Source: Bradymonadia bacterium (GTDB taxonomy: Bacteria; Myxococcota_A; Bradymonadia; UBA7976; UBA1532). Taken from it: 64,000 nt of DNA. Below are positions 19,224 through 29,125 of this stretch, in pieces (position 1 is the stretch's first letter; every line of letters starts with the position of its first letter). Where the stretch lies: NCBI GenBank assembly GCA_046290225.1, contig JBKAGE010000034.1, positions 1 through 64,000 of the forward strand, given 5' to 3'. The notes under the pieces are model-generated. The model saw only the letters and a list, made by a program, of their open reading frames with translations, did not search any database and was not told where the DNA came from. Position numbers and translations under genes: made by a program.

Positions 19224-20231
19224 TCACTGCCCTCGCTCCTCCCAGGCCCGGATCAGCCGCTCCACGGCAAGGGGTTCCCCCCGACGTCGGGGCCTCGCCT
19301 CTTCGAGAAGTGCCATGTAGAACTCCGCCTCCTCTTCAGAGAGGTCCAACGCTGCCCCCAATGCCCTAGGGCTCTGGCTGTGGCCTGTCTTGAGCAAGTG
19401 TCGCTCCACCCACATGGATCGGCCGAGGTACCGCATGGGGATGCCTCTGAGATCGCAGCAAGCCCTGACGGTCCACTTTTGCACCCAGTGGCGGGCATAG
19501 GTGAAGAACACGTACCCTCGCTCGGGGTCCATCATCTCCACGGCTCTGGCCATGCCCGCCGAGGCAGCCTCATAGAGCGCATCCAGAGGTGCCCTCGCCC
19601 ACCATCGATGCCACAAAGCGATGAACAGACACGGCCCGCGATTGAGCGAGAAGATCCGGCCCTTGGCCTGCTTGTAGGCGTTGAACGCGGCATCGAACTC
19701 CGGATCGCCCCGCAGACCACACCGCGCCATCATGGCCTGGCGCATCCGCATCGGCAGGCTCAGGCGGCTCATGAGCTCGCCGGCCTCTCGGATGCGCTCG
19801 TCAGGGGTCAACGCATCATCGGAGCGAATGTCCAGGACCGTACTCAACACCTGTTTGAACTGCCGAGTGTTCGCCTTCAGCTCAGGATCTGGTCGACGCT
19901 GGAGTGACGCCAGGCTCTCTTCGATGACCGCGCCCTGCTCGTCGATCCAGCCTGTCTGAGCACCTTCATCGAAGAAGAGTAGATCGAGCAATCGCCCTCT
20001 GGTGTCACCCAACGCCTGGAGATCCTCGGATTGCTCGAAGCTGGGTAGAGGCAAGTCGGGATACCAGTCCACCTGAAGCCCCAGAGGATCGAGCTCCTCG
20101 ATCAACATCATGACGTTGTCATAGTCGAAGGTGCCCGCAGCCGCCTCGAAGTCCGGCCAGCGGAGCGGCTGCTCACAGGATCGCCAGCCCTTCATCTCGA
20201 TCCCCTCCAGGGTGTGTGCACGCGCCACCAC
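19224..20231 (-). CDS. divergent, C-terminally truncated sigma70 (RpoD-like) protein
   Basis: Region-2-like LDALYEAASAGMARAVEMMDPERGYVFFTYARHWVQK; region-3-like SPRALGAALDLSEEEA; possible region-1.1-like N-terminus; no region 4. Confidence 0.6.
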   Translation of the reverse strand: MVARAHTLEGIEMKGWRSCEQPLRWPDFEAAAGTFDYDNVMMLIEELDPLGLQVDWYPDLPLPSFEQSEDLQALGDTRGRLLDLLFFDEGAQTGWIDEQGAVIEESLASLQRRPDPELKANTRQFKQVLSTVLDIRSDDALTPDERIREAGELMSRLSLPMRMRQAMMARCGLRGDPEFDAAFNAYKQAKGRIFSLNRGPCLFIALWHRWWARAPLDALYEAASAGMARAVEMMDPERGYVFFTYARHWVQKWTVRACCDLRGIPMRYLGRSMWVERHLLKTGHSQSPRALGAALDLSEEEAEFYMALLEEARPRRRGEPLAVERLIRAWEERGQ

Positions 20232-20297
20232 ATCAAACTCGACCCATCGGCCTCAGGCAAGAGCGAGGGATGGCCGTATGACGCGCCGTAGCCAACA

Positions 20298-20326
20298 TTG
20301 ACGGTGATGCCCGCGAGCACTACACG
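20298..20326 (+). promoter_or_regulatory. possible sigma70 promoter of thrABC
   Basis: TTGACG-N17-TACACG, 30 nt upstream of the thrA ATG. Confidence 0.4.
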
Positions 20327-20355
20327 GGTAGAGCGACGGTTTCGAGGCGAGGAAG

Positions 20356-22875
20356 ATGGGATTCAGAGTTCACAAATTCGGGGGCACCAGTGTGGGCAAC
20401 GGCGCTCGGATCCGCGCCGTGGCCGACCTGGTGGCCGCTGCCGAGCGCCCCACCCTCGTGGTGAGCTCCGCCATGGCCAGCATCACCGATCAGCTCGTAG
20501 CCGCCTGCGACGCCGCGGCGCGGTACGACCTGGAGGCGGCCACTGCTCTGGTCGATGACATCTTCTCGGCGCATCTCACGGCGGCGGAAGAGCTGGCCCT
20601 CGGACCTGAGAGTCAGTCTCAGCTCGAGGGCGCTCGGCTGAAGGCTGAGCTCGAGGGCCTGCTCAAGGCCTCCATCGTCGCCGGCGAGCTCACACCTCGC
20701 GTGCGTGATCGGATTCTGGCTACGGGGGAGAAGCTCGCAGTGCGCCTGCTCGCCGAGACCCTGACCGCCATGGGCATCTGGGCAAGGGCCGTAGACGCCG
20801 ACACCTTCCTCGAGACCGACGATCGCTTCGGCCAGGCCACACCCATCCGCGGTGTGGCAGAGCGGCAGACCCGCAATATGCTCCTGCCCATCATCGAGGC
20901 AGGCGTGGTGCCGGTGGTGACCGGCTTCTGCGGGCGCAGTCCGCAGGGATCCACCACCACGCTCGGCCGCGGGGGCTCTGATTTCACCGCGACGTGGCTC
21001 GGCGCCGCCCTCGGCGCCGAAGAAGTGATCATCTGGACCGACGTCGCCGGTGTGTACACCGCAGATCCCCGGCGTGTGGATGGTGTCCGGGTGGTGCCGC
21101 AGCTCAACTTTCGAGAGGCCGCGGAGCTGTCGTACTATGGGGCCAAGGTCCTCAACCCTCGAGCCATCGCGCCGGCGGCCCAGGTCCGCACCCCCATTGC
21201 GGTGAGGAGCACTTTCGAGCCTCACAGGCCGGGCACCATCGTCGACGGGCGATTCACCGCCGGCTCCCACCCCGTGAAGGCCCTCAGCGCCGTACGAGAT
21301 CATTGCCTCATCGCCCTCGAGGGCAAGGGCATGTCGGGGGTACCAGGCATCGCCGCCCGGGCCTTCGCCGCCCTGGCCGAGCGTGATGTCTCCGTGACGC
21401 TCATCAGCCAGTCATCCTCAGAGGCTTCCATCTGCATCGCCGTGCCCGAAGTGGCGGCCGCGGAAGCCGAGCGGGCCTGGAAGAAAGCCTTCCGAGCAGA
21501 GCTGGTCCGAGGCGACATCGAGGAGATCGCCGTGCGCACCCGGGTGTGCATCGTCGCTGCCGTCGGGCTGGGCATGGTCCACGGTACTGGGGTGGCCGGG
21601 CGTCTGTTTTACGCCCTCGGCCGCGCCGGTGTGAGCGTGCTGGCCATCGCCCAGGGATCGAGCGAGCTGAACATCTCCGTCGCCGTGGACGGCGCTGATG
21701 TGGATCGAGCCCTCGGCGCTGCCCACGATGCTTTCGGACTGCACCGGCTGGACACGGGACGGGGCGAGACCGACCACATGGATCTCGTCATCCTCGGGGC
21801 AGGCAATGTGGCCCAGGCGTTCTTGCACAGCCTCGCGGAGCGCCGCGACAGCATCGAAGCCCGCTTCGGCCTCGAGCCCCACGTAGTGGGCTGGGCCGAT
21901 CGCAGCGGGGCGGTGTTCTCTGCAGGTGGCATCAGCTCGACTCAGCTCGAGTCGCTCATCGCCGACAAACGGGCGGGTATGGGCCTCGGCCATGGTGACG
22001 ATGGCCGCGCCGGGATGTCGACACTGGCCCTGGTGACGGAGGCGAGCAGGTGGCGTCTGAGCACCCCGGTGGTCGTGGATCTCACTGATGCTGATCACAG
22101 CGAAGTGTTCATGAAGGCCTTCACCATCGGCATGGATGTCGTCACCGCGAACAAGAAACCCCTCGCCGGCGATCTCCAACTCTTCGAGGCCATGCGAGAC
22201 ACGGCCAGAGCGCGGGGGGCGTTGCTCAAGGCCGAGACCACCGTAGGTGCAGGCCTGCCCGTAATCGACACCCTCGAACACCTGCTCGCCACCGGTGATC
22301 GGCTGGTGAAGGCCGAGGGCTGTCTCTCTGGCACCTTGGGCTTCCTGTGCAGCGCTCTCGAAGCAGGCACCCCCTTCTCCCAGGCTGTTCAACACGCCAT
22401 GGAGCGCGGCTTCACCGAGCCCGATCCAGCTGCAGATCTGACGGGGGCCGACGTTGCCCGCAAAGCCCTGATCCTCGGGCGCTGGGGCGGCGTGCTCGGA
22501 GAGGGCGCCGAGGTTCGACGCACCGGGCTGGTCCCCGATGACTGGCAGGGCTTGCCCAAAGAGACTCTTCTGTCGCGCCTGAAGGGGCTCGATGACGCGT
22601 TCGCCCAACGCATGAAGGCAGCTCGAGAGGCCGACGCCACCCTGAGATTCGTGGCCTCTGTGTCGGCCTCGGGGGTCGAGGTCGGGTTACAGACCGTGCC
22701 CCTCGATGCCCCTCTCGGTCGGCTCTCTGGCGCCGACAACATGGTGGTGTTCCACACCGAGCGATACGATGAGCGCCCTCTCGTGGTCATGGGCCCCGGC
22801 GCCGGGGTGCCGGTCACCGCCATGGGGGTGTTGAGCGACGTACTCCGCGTCGCCGCCGAGCGGAGGGCCTCATGA
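20356..22875 (+). CDS. thrA: bifunctional aspartate kinase / homoserine dehydrogenase
   Basis: HKFGGTSV; TTLGRGGSDFTA; two ACT domains (QSSSE, QGSSE); VTANKK; ETTVGAGLP; GFTEPDP; GPGAG. Confidence 0.95.
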   Translation: MGFRVHKFGGTSVGNGARIRAVADLVAAAERPTLVVSSAMASITDQLVAACDAAARYDLEAATALVDDIFSAHLTAAEELALGPESQSQLEGARLKAELEGLLKASIVAGELTPRVRDRILATGEKLAVRLLAETLTAMGIWARAVDADTFLETDDRFGQATPIRGVAERQTRNMLLPIIEAGVVPVVTGFCGRSPQGSTTTLGRGGSDFTATWLGAALGAEEVIIWTDVAGVYTADPRRVDGVRVVPQLNFREAAELSYYGAKVLNPRAIAPAAQVRTPIAVRSTFEPHRPGTIVDGRFTAGSHPVKALSAVRDHCLIALEGKGMSGVPGIAARAFAALAERDVSVTLISQSSSEASICIAVPEVAAAEAERAWKKAFRAELVRGDIEEIAVRTRVCIVAAVGLGMVHGTGVAGRLFYALGRAGVSVLAIAQGSSELNISVAVDGADVDRALGAAHDAFGLHRLDTGRGETDHMDLVILGAGNVAQAFLHSLAERRDSIEARFGLEPHVVGWADRSGAVFSAGGISSTQLESLIADKRAGMGLGHGDDGRAGMSTLALVTEASRWRLSTPVVVDLTDADHSEVFMKAFTIGMDVVTANKKPLAGDLQLFEAMRDTARARGALLKAETTVGAGLPVIDTLEHLLATGDRLVKAEGCLSGTLGFLCSALEAGTPFSQAVQHAMERGFTEPDPAADLTGADVARKALILGRWGGVLGEGAEVRRTGLVPDDWQGLPKETLLSRLKGLDDAFAQRMKAAREADATLRFVASVSASGVEVGLQTVPLDAPLGRLSGADNMVVFHTERYDERPLVVMGPGAGVPVTAMGVLSDVLRVAAERRAS

Positions 22876-23804
22876 CCACCATTCGCGCTTTTGCCCCAGC
22901 CACGGTGGCCAACCTCGCCGTGGGTTATGACGTGCTCGGTCTGGCGCTTCAGGATCGGGGCGACACCGTCATCGCTCAGCTCAGCGACACACCTGGTGTT
23001 GAGGTCACCTCCATCACCGGCGATGGCGGCGCCCTCCCCCGCGACCCGAAGTTGAACACTGCAGCCATCGCTGCCCAGGGTGTGCTCGATGAAGCAGGCG
23101 CTCAGGTGGGGGTGAAGATCGAACTTCACAAAGGACTGCCCATCGGATCAGGCATGGGCAGCTCCGCCTCGAGCGCCGCTGCCGCGGCCTTTGCCGTGAA
23201 TCGCTTGCTGGGCTCTCCTCTTCGACGATCCGAGCTCGTGGGGCCCTGTGTCGAGGCAGAGGCAGTGGTGAGTGGTCGACACGCAGACAATGTGGCGCCG
23301 GCTCTGCTCGGCGGCCTGGTGCTGGTCCGCAGCCTCGACCCGATCCGGCTCTTGCGGCTGCCGATCCCCGACGATCTCTACATCGCCGTGGCGCACCCGA
23401 GCTTTCAGCTGAGCACCCGGGCCGCTCGGGAGATGCTGCCCGACACAGTGGCGTTGAGTGATCGCACCCTCGCCGCCTGTCGCATCGCTACATTCGTGAG
23501 CGCCTGCCACACCGGTGACGTGGAGTTGCTCGCGGAGTGCCTGGTGGACGACATCGTGACGCCTGCCCGGGCGACGCTGATCCCAGGTGCGCCCGAGGCC
23601 ATGGAGGCCGCTCTGAGCGCGGGTGCCCTCGGCAGCTCGCTGAGCGGCTCTGGCCCCAGCGTCTTCGCCCTGACCCGCTCGCTCTCTTCGGCCGAGCGGG
23701 CCGCCGCAGCCATGTGCGAGGTCTTCGAGCAGCACCACGAGCACATCACCACGCTGGTGGGCCCTGCAGATTGTCCTGGAGCGAGGGAGATACCATGCAC
23801 CTGA
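22872..23804 (+). CDS. thrB: homoserine kinase
   Basis: APATVANLAVGYDVLG; GHMP motif KGLPIGSGMGSSASSA; HADNVAP; SGSGPS. Confidence 0.95.
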   Translation: MTTIRAFAPATVANLAVGYDVLGLALQDRGDTVIAQLSDTPGVEVTSITGDGGALPRDPKLNTAAIAAQGVLDEAGAQVGVKIELHKGLPIGSGMGSSASSAAAAAFAVNRLLGSPLRRSELVGPCVEAEAVVSGRHADNVAPALLGGLVLVRSLDPIRLLRLPIPDDLYIAVAHPSFQLSTRAAREMLPDTVALSDRTLAACRIATFVSACHTGDVELLAECLVDDIVTPARATLIPGAPEAMEAALSAGALGSSLSGSGPSVFALTRSLSSAERAAAAMCEVFEQHHEHITTLVGPADCPGAREIPCT

Positions 23805-25069
23805 AGTGTGTCGACTGTGGCGCCACCTACGATCCGAAGATCGTGCGCTATGTCTGCGACTGTGGGGGCACCCTCGACGTGGTGCACGATCTCGAGCGGG
23901 TCCGGAAGAGCTGCACCCGAGAGATGTGGGACGCGCGCCTCGGCTCCCGGGCGCGGCTCGATCGGTCCGGCGTATGGCGCTTTCGAGAGTTGATCCTGCC
24001 CCTCGACGAACAGCATGTGGCCTCGCGTGGTGAAGGCAACACCACGGAATACTGTTCCGCTGCGGTCTCCGAATACACCGGGGTGAAGCGCATCACCCTC
24101 AAACACGAAGGCGAGAACCCCACGGGCTCGTTCAAAGATCGCGGCATGACCTCAGGCGTCACTGCCGCCCGGTGGCTCGGTCAGAGGGCAGTGGCGTGCG
24201 CCAGTACAGGCAACACCTCTGCCTCTCTCGCCTCCTTCGCCGCCCTCATGGCCATGCAGGCCGTGGTGTTTATTCCTGATGGGCAGATCGCCTACGGCAA
24301 GTTGGGTCAAACCCTGGCCTACGGCGCCCGTACGCTTCAGGTGGCTGGCGATTTCGACGCCGCTATGGCCCTCGCCCGAGCGGTCTGTGAAGCTGAGGGT
24401 ATCTATCTGCTCAACTCAGTGAACCCGTTCCGGCTCGAAGGGCAAAAGGCCATCGCCTTCGAGCTGCTTCAGGATCGAGAGTGGCGGGTGCCTGACTGGA
24501 TCGTGCTGCCTGGGGGCAACCTCGGGAACAACTCGGCGATCACCAAGGGTCTTCAAGAGCTTTACGCGCTCGGCTGGATCGACCGCCTGCCCCGTGTCGC
24601 TGTGGTCCAAGCTCAGGGCGCCAACCCGCTCTACACCGCCTTTACGTCGGGGGCTGACGTTCAGCCCGTCGTCGGCGCAAAAACCGTGGCGACGGCGATC
24701 CAGATCGGAGATCCCGTCTCGTGGCGCAAGAGCCTGAGGGGCATCGCCGCCACCCAGGGTACGGTGACCGAAGCAGATGACGGCGCCATCCTCGATGCCA
24801 AAGCCGTAGTGGATGGTGCGGGCATTGGCGCCGAGCCGGCCTCCTGCGCCACCGTGGCCGGTGTCCGCCGACTGGTCCAGGAGGGCGTGATCAAAGCCGA
24901 CGACGAGGTCGTGGGCATCCTCACGGGCAACCTGCTCAAAGATCCCGACGTGGTGGTGCGCTACCACCGCGGCGAGATCGAGGGCGCCGACGCTGGGCGG
25001 GTGAACACCCCGATCCGATGTGACGCCACCGTGGATGCGGTGATGGCTGCCCTGCGACAGGCTTGCTGA
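23795..25069 (+). CDS. thrC: threonine synthase
   Basis: N-terminal Zn-ribbon CVDC/CDCG; PLP motif NPTGSFKDRG; CASTGNTSAS; PGGNLGN. ATG 23795 overlaps the end of thrB. Confidence 0.95.
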   Translation: MHLKCVDCGATYDPKIVRYVCDCGGTLDVVHDLERVRKSCTREMWDARLGSRARLDRSGVWRFRELILPLDEQHVASRGEGNTTEYCSAAVSEYTGVKRITLKHEGENPTGSFKDRGMTSGVTAARWLGQRAVACASTGNTSASLASFAALMAMQAVVFIPDGQIAYGKLGQTLAYGARTLQVAGDFDAAMALARAVCEAEGIYLLNSVNPFRLEGQKAIAFELLQDREWRVPDWIVLPGGNLGNNSAITKGLQELYALGWIDRLPRVAVVQAQGANPLYTAFTSGADVQPVVGAKTVATAIQIGDPVSWRKSLRGIAATQGTVTEADDGAILDAKAVVDGAGIGAEPASCATVAGVRRLVQEGVIKADDEVVGILTGNLLKDPDVVVRYHRGEIEGADAGRVNTPIRCDATVDAVMAALRQAC

Positions 25070-25155
25070 CCACCGCGCTCAAGATCATCGACACCCACCT
25101 CTCGACAGGGTATCCAAATGTCCAGTTGTAGACCCCTGACCCGAGAGAACACTCG

Positions 25156-27972
25156 ATGTCCACCAAGACCCCTGCCGAGGCCCCCGAGCAGCTTTCACTC
25201 GGCGTACCCGCCGCCGAAGGCGAGCCCGATCCTGCAGCGCCGGCCACCCCGGCGGTGCCTGTAGCGGCGCCGAAGGCCAACGCCGACACCCTCTACCTGA
25301 TCGACGGCTCCGGCTTCATCTTTCGGGCTTTCTACGCCATCCGCACGCCGATGAGCAGCAGCGACGGCACGCCCACCAACGCAGTCTTCGGCTTCACCCG
25401 GCTGCTCATGGCGGTGCTCAAGCAGGAAGATCCTGAACACGTGGCGGTCATCTTCGATCCACCCGGCGACACGTTCCGCAACGACATGTACCCGGAGTAC
25501 AAGGCCAACCGGGACGACCCACCGCCGGAGATGGTGCCTCAGTTCCCTCTGTGCCGAGAGGTGACCCGGGCATTGAACATCCCCGCCCTGGAGGTGGAGA
25601 AGTACGAGGCCGACGACATCATCGGCACTCTGGCCACCAAATGGGCCGCCACGGGGCGCAAGGTGGTCATCGTCACCGCCGACAAGGACATGATGCAGTT
25701 GGTCACTGAAGACGTGACCCTCTGGGACGGTAAAGAAAAGCGCACCGACATCGCCGGCGTGCACGCCCGGTTCGGAGTCCCGCCAGAGCAGGTCATCGAC
25801 GTGCTCGGCCTCGCCGGAGACAGCTCCGACAACATCCCCGGTGTCCCTGGCATCGGCGAGAAGACCGCCTCCACCCTGCTCGGGAAGCACGGCGGCACCC
25901 TCGAGTCTCTGCTCGCCGCCGCCCCGGGCATCAAGGGCAAACGGGGCCAGGCCCTCGTGGATCACGCGGACACCGCCCGCCTCTCGGCGAAGCTGGCCAC
26001 CATCGTCACCGACGCTCCCATCGAGCTCGACGAGGCCGCCCTGCTCCGCAAGCCCCCGGAGCCCACCGTGCTCCGGGCCTTCTTGGAGAAGCACAACTTC
26101 AAGACCTTCATGCGGGAGTTCGGCCTCACCGCCCGCGCTGGGGCCAGCATCAAGGTGGATCGCTCGAAGTACCGCCTCGTGACCACCGAAGAAGGCCTCG
26201 CCGAGGTGGTGGCCACGGTGAAGGCCGCCGGCCGCATGGCCTTCGATCTCGAGACCACCGGCCTCGACACCTTGAGCGCTCAGATTCTGGGCTTCGCCAT
26301 CGCCTGGGCCCCGAACGAGGCCGCCTATGTGCCCGTGGCCCACGCCTACACCGACGTGCCTGCGCAGCTCTCGCTCGAGACCGTGCTCGGCGCCCTCAAG
26401 CCGCTCCTCGAAGATCCGAAGTTCCCCATCGCCGGCCAACACGCCAAGTTCGAGTGGCAGATGATGCGCAAAGCCTGCGACGTCGATCTTCAGGGCATCC
26501 ACGACGACTCGCTGCTCGCTGCGTTCCTGCTCGAGCCCGATCGCAAGCAGTTCAGCCTCGACAGCCTGGCCATGGATCACCTGGGCCATCAGATGATCAC
26601 CTTCGCCGAGGTCACGGGGACCAAGAAGGGCCCTGACGATCGCTTCAAGACCGTGCCCCTCGCAGCAGCGACGGCGTACGCTGGCGAGGATGCCGATCTC
26701 ACCCTGAGGCTGTGCGATCGATACCGCCCGATCCTCAAGGAGCAGGGCCTGCTGAAGGTGTACGACGAGATCGAGCTGCCCCTGGCGCCGGTGCTCGGTC
26801 GAATGGAGCAGTGGGGCATCAAGATCGACCCTCAGCTGCTCCACGAGCAGTCGGCCCGCTTCGCCAAGAGCCTCGAAGAGCTCGAAGCGCAGATTCACAG
26901 TGAGGCTGGGCAGGCGTTCAACATCGCCAGCCCCAAGCAGCTCGGGGAGATCCTGTTCGACAAGCTCGGCCTCGAGAAGGGCAAGAAGACCAAGACGGGG
27001 TACAGCACCAGCCAGGATGTGCTCGAGAAGCTTTCCCACGATCACGCGGTGCCGCGTTTGGTGTTGCAGTGGCGTCAGATCGCCAAGCTCAAGAACACCT
27101 ACCTCGACACCCTGCCCAAGCTCATCAACCCCGTCTCCGGGCGAGTACACAGCAGCTTCCGTCAGACCGGCGCCGCCACGGGCCGTCTGTCGAGCAGCGA
27201 GCCCAACCTGCAGAACATCCCCGTACGCAGCCATGAGGGCCGTGAGATCAGGCGAGCCTTCGTGGCCGAGCCGGGCTGGAAGCTGGTGAGCGCCGACTAC
27301 AGTCAGGTGGAGCTGCGCCTCATGGCCCACCTTTCTGAAGATCCGGTGATGATCGACACCTTCATCAAGGGCACCGACGTGCACCGCCGCACAGCCTCGG
27401 AGATCTTCGGGGTAGATCTCGAGGCGGTGACCTCGGAGCAGCGCCGTCAGGCCAAGGCCATCAACTTCGGTATCTTGTACGGCATGGGCCCCTACCGGCT
27501 CTCCAACGAGCTGGAGATCTCCCAGACAGAAGCCAAGGAGATGATCGAGCGCTACTTCAAGCGGTACCCCAAGGTGAGTGCCTATCTCGAAGAGATGCTC
27601 GAGACCGCCCGCAAGGAAGGTCGCGTACGCACGATGCTCGGACGCATCCGGCCATTGCCCGACATCCACTCCAAGCGCTTCTCCGCCCGTCAGCACTCAG
27701 AGCGTATGGCCACGAACACCCCCATTCAGGGCACCGCCGCCGATCTGATGAAGCTGGCCATGATCAAGCTCGATCGGCGCATCTCCGAGCTGGGCTTGAA
27801 GAGCCGCATCCTGCTCACAGTGCACGACGAGCTGGTGGTCGAAGTGCCCGAGGCCGAGCTCGACACGGTGCCTGATCTCGTCAAGCACGAGATGGAGACG
27901 GTCTGGCCCGACTTGAAGGTGCCCCTCTCCGTGGAGGTGGGCGTGGGCGACAACTGGGCCGCCATCCACTGA
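25156..27972 (+). CDS. polA: DNA polymerase I
   Basis: 5'-3' exonuclease (LIDGS, EADD, GDSSDNIPGVPGIGEKTA), 3'-5' exonuclease (FDLET), polymerase motifs TGRLSSSEPNLQNIP, ADYSQVELR, KAINFGILYG, VHDEL. Confidence 0.98.
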   Translation: MSTKTPAEAPEQLSLGVPAAEGEPDPAAPATPAVPVAAPKANADTLYLIDGSGFIFRAFYAIRTPMSSSDGTPTNAVFGFTRLLMAVLKQEDPEHVAVIFDPPGDTFRNDMYPEYKANRDDPPPEMVPQFPLCREVTRALNIPALEVEKYEADDIIGTLATKWAATGRKVVIVTADKDMMQLVTEDVTLWDGKEKRTDIAGVHARFGVPPEQVIDVLGLAGDSSDNIPGVPGIGEKTASTLLGKHGGTLESLLAAAPGIKGKRGQALVDHADTARLSAKLATIVTDAPIELDEAALLRKPPEPTVLRAFLEKHNFKTFMREFGLTARAGASIKVDRSKYRLVTTEEGLAEVVATVKAAGRMAFDLETTGLDTLSAQILGFAIAWAPNEAAYVPVAHAYTDVPAQLSLETVLGALKPLLEDPKFPIAGQHAKFEWQMMRKACDVDLQGIHDDSLLAAFLLEPDRKQFSLDSLAMDHLGHQMITFAEVTGTKKGPDDRFKTVPLAAATAYAGEDADLTLRLCDRYRPILKEQGLLKVYDEIELPLAPVLGRMEQWGIKIDPQLLHEQSARFAKSLEELEAQIHSEAGQAFNIASPKQLGEILFDKLGLEKGKKTKTGYSTSQDVLEKLSHDHAVPRLVLQWRQIAKLKNTYLDTLPKLINPVSGRVHSSFRQTGAATGRLSSSEPNLQNIPVRSHEGREIRRAFVAEPGWKLVSADYSQVELRLMAHLSEDPVMIDTFIKGTDVHRRTASEIFGVDLEAVTSEQRRQAKAINFGILYGMGPYRLSNELEISQTEAKEMIERYFKRYPKVSAYLEEMLETARKEGRVRTMLGRIRPLPDIHSKRFSARQHSERMATNTPIQGTAADLMKLAMIKLDRRISELGLKSRILLTVHDELVVEVPEAELDTVPDLVKHEMETVWPDLKVPLSVEVGVGDNWAAIH

Positions 27973-28004
27973 AGACCGATTCTGGGTGCCTCAGAGCCCG
28001 AGGC

Positions 28005-28997
28005 TCAGAACCCCAGGCCCAGACCCAGCGTCATCCCGTGGGCCAGATCATCCCTGATCGCGTAGGTGCTCACGAAGTAGCGCAGCTCCCCTCTCAGCTG
28101 CACCGTGCTGGTGCGGCCGAGCAGCGCCCCCACCGCCCCAAAGACCGACATGCCACCGCCACTCGGCCGACTGTCGACGGCTTCGTCCGATGTGTCGGAG
28201 GCCGCGGCGGTGAAGTGCCCCACAGCAACCCCTCCACCGATGTAGGGCGTCTGATCTCCATCCCCAAAGGGCAAGTACCCTCCGATGTAGATGCCATAAT
28301 GCTCGGGTGTGTCGACGGCGTTGGAGTACACGAATCCTCCAGCGTCGAAGAGCAGGAAACGCAAATCATAGAGCCAGCTGATCGTGGCCCCTGGGCTGAA
28401 CCCGCCCCCCTCACCGAAGCTCGCCAGCCCCCCGAGCTGCAACCCCACGGTGCCGTACGCCTCCCTACGGCGTAGAGGCTCCATCTCCGTCTCGGTGACA
28501 GCGCCGAGCGTGGGGCTGCGCTCTGCGGTGCCTTCACCGAGGATGCTCGCTGCCATGCGTCGGGCCAGTGGGTCGAGATCTTCCAGCGTGTCGACCGCCA
28601 TTCGATCGGAGAGCACAGGGTACGGATCATCTGGTGTGTAGACTTCGATGCCCACCAGATAGCGCCGCCCAAGGCGGGTGATGCGGCCTCGAACGAGCAC
28701 GTCGGCCCCCATGGCACGGGCCGTGGACCGCGCCTCTTCAATGTTTCGAGGGTTCACCTGGGCGAGATCGACACGGGTACGACCCTTTTCGAGATACAGC
28801 GTCAACGCTTCAGCGAGGGCAGCCCGGGTGTCACCATCCACTTGTCGCCCGGTGAAGGGAAACACTGCGATGTGCGTGGACAAAGAATCCGCTTCAGGTG
28901 ACTTGCCATGGGCCACCGACCAGCCCATAGACCACATCAAGCAATAGAGCAGACAGAGCCTGGGCAGTGAGTGGGGACCCTTCATCGAACACTCCAA
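28005..28997 (-). CDS. hypothetical exported protein with N-terminal alpha/beta domain and C-terminal beta-barrel-like region
   Basis: Signal peptide; IAVFPF...GADVLVRGRITRLG (TolB/CsgG-N-like); alternating beta strands ending in LGLGLGF. Confidence 0.6.
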   Translation of the reverse strand: MECSMKGPHSLPRLCLLYCLMWSMGWSVAHGKSPEADSLSTHIAVFPFTGRQVDGDTRAALAEALTLYLEKGRTRVDLAQVNPRNIEEARSTARAMGADVLVRGRITRLGRRYLVGIEVYTPDDPYPVLSDRMAVDTLEDLDPLARRMAASILGEGTAERSPTLGAVTETEMEPLRRREAYGTVGLQLGGLASFGEGGGFSPGATISWLYDLRFLLFDAGGFVYSNAVDTPEHYGIYIGGYLPFGDGDQTPYIGGGVAVGHFTAAASDTSDEAVDSRPSGGGMSVFGAVGALLGRTSTVQLRGELRYFVSTYAIRDDLAHGMTLGLGLGF

Positions 28998-29125
28998 CTC
29001 AACAGGTAGAAGACACCGGCCGGAGGCCGCACGGCATCAACGGCTCGCCGAGGGAGATATTCAGAGGGCCTTACAGAACCACGCCTTAGATCAGGACAGT
29101 GAGGCGATCTCGATCTGGTGTTCGA

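Noticed and set aside
20232..20355. Thr/Ile leader-peptide attenuator for thrABC
   Set aside because: No Thr/Ile-rich short ORF or terminator hairpin in the 124-nt intergenic region.
25195..27696. Long antisense ORFs, for example 833 aa opposite polA, and others opposite the vWA gene, GMC, pheT, rlmN and the Hsp70s
   Set aside because: Shadow frames expected from high GC3 codon bias; no motifs, and they fully overlap well-supported genes.
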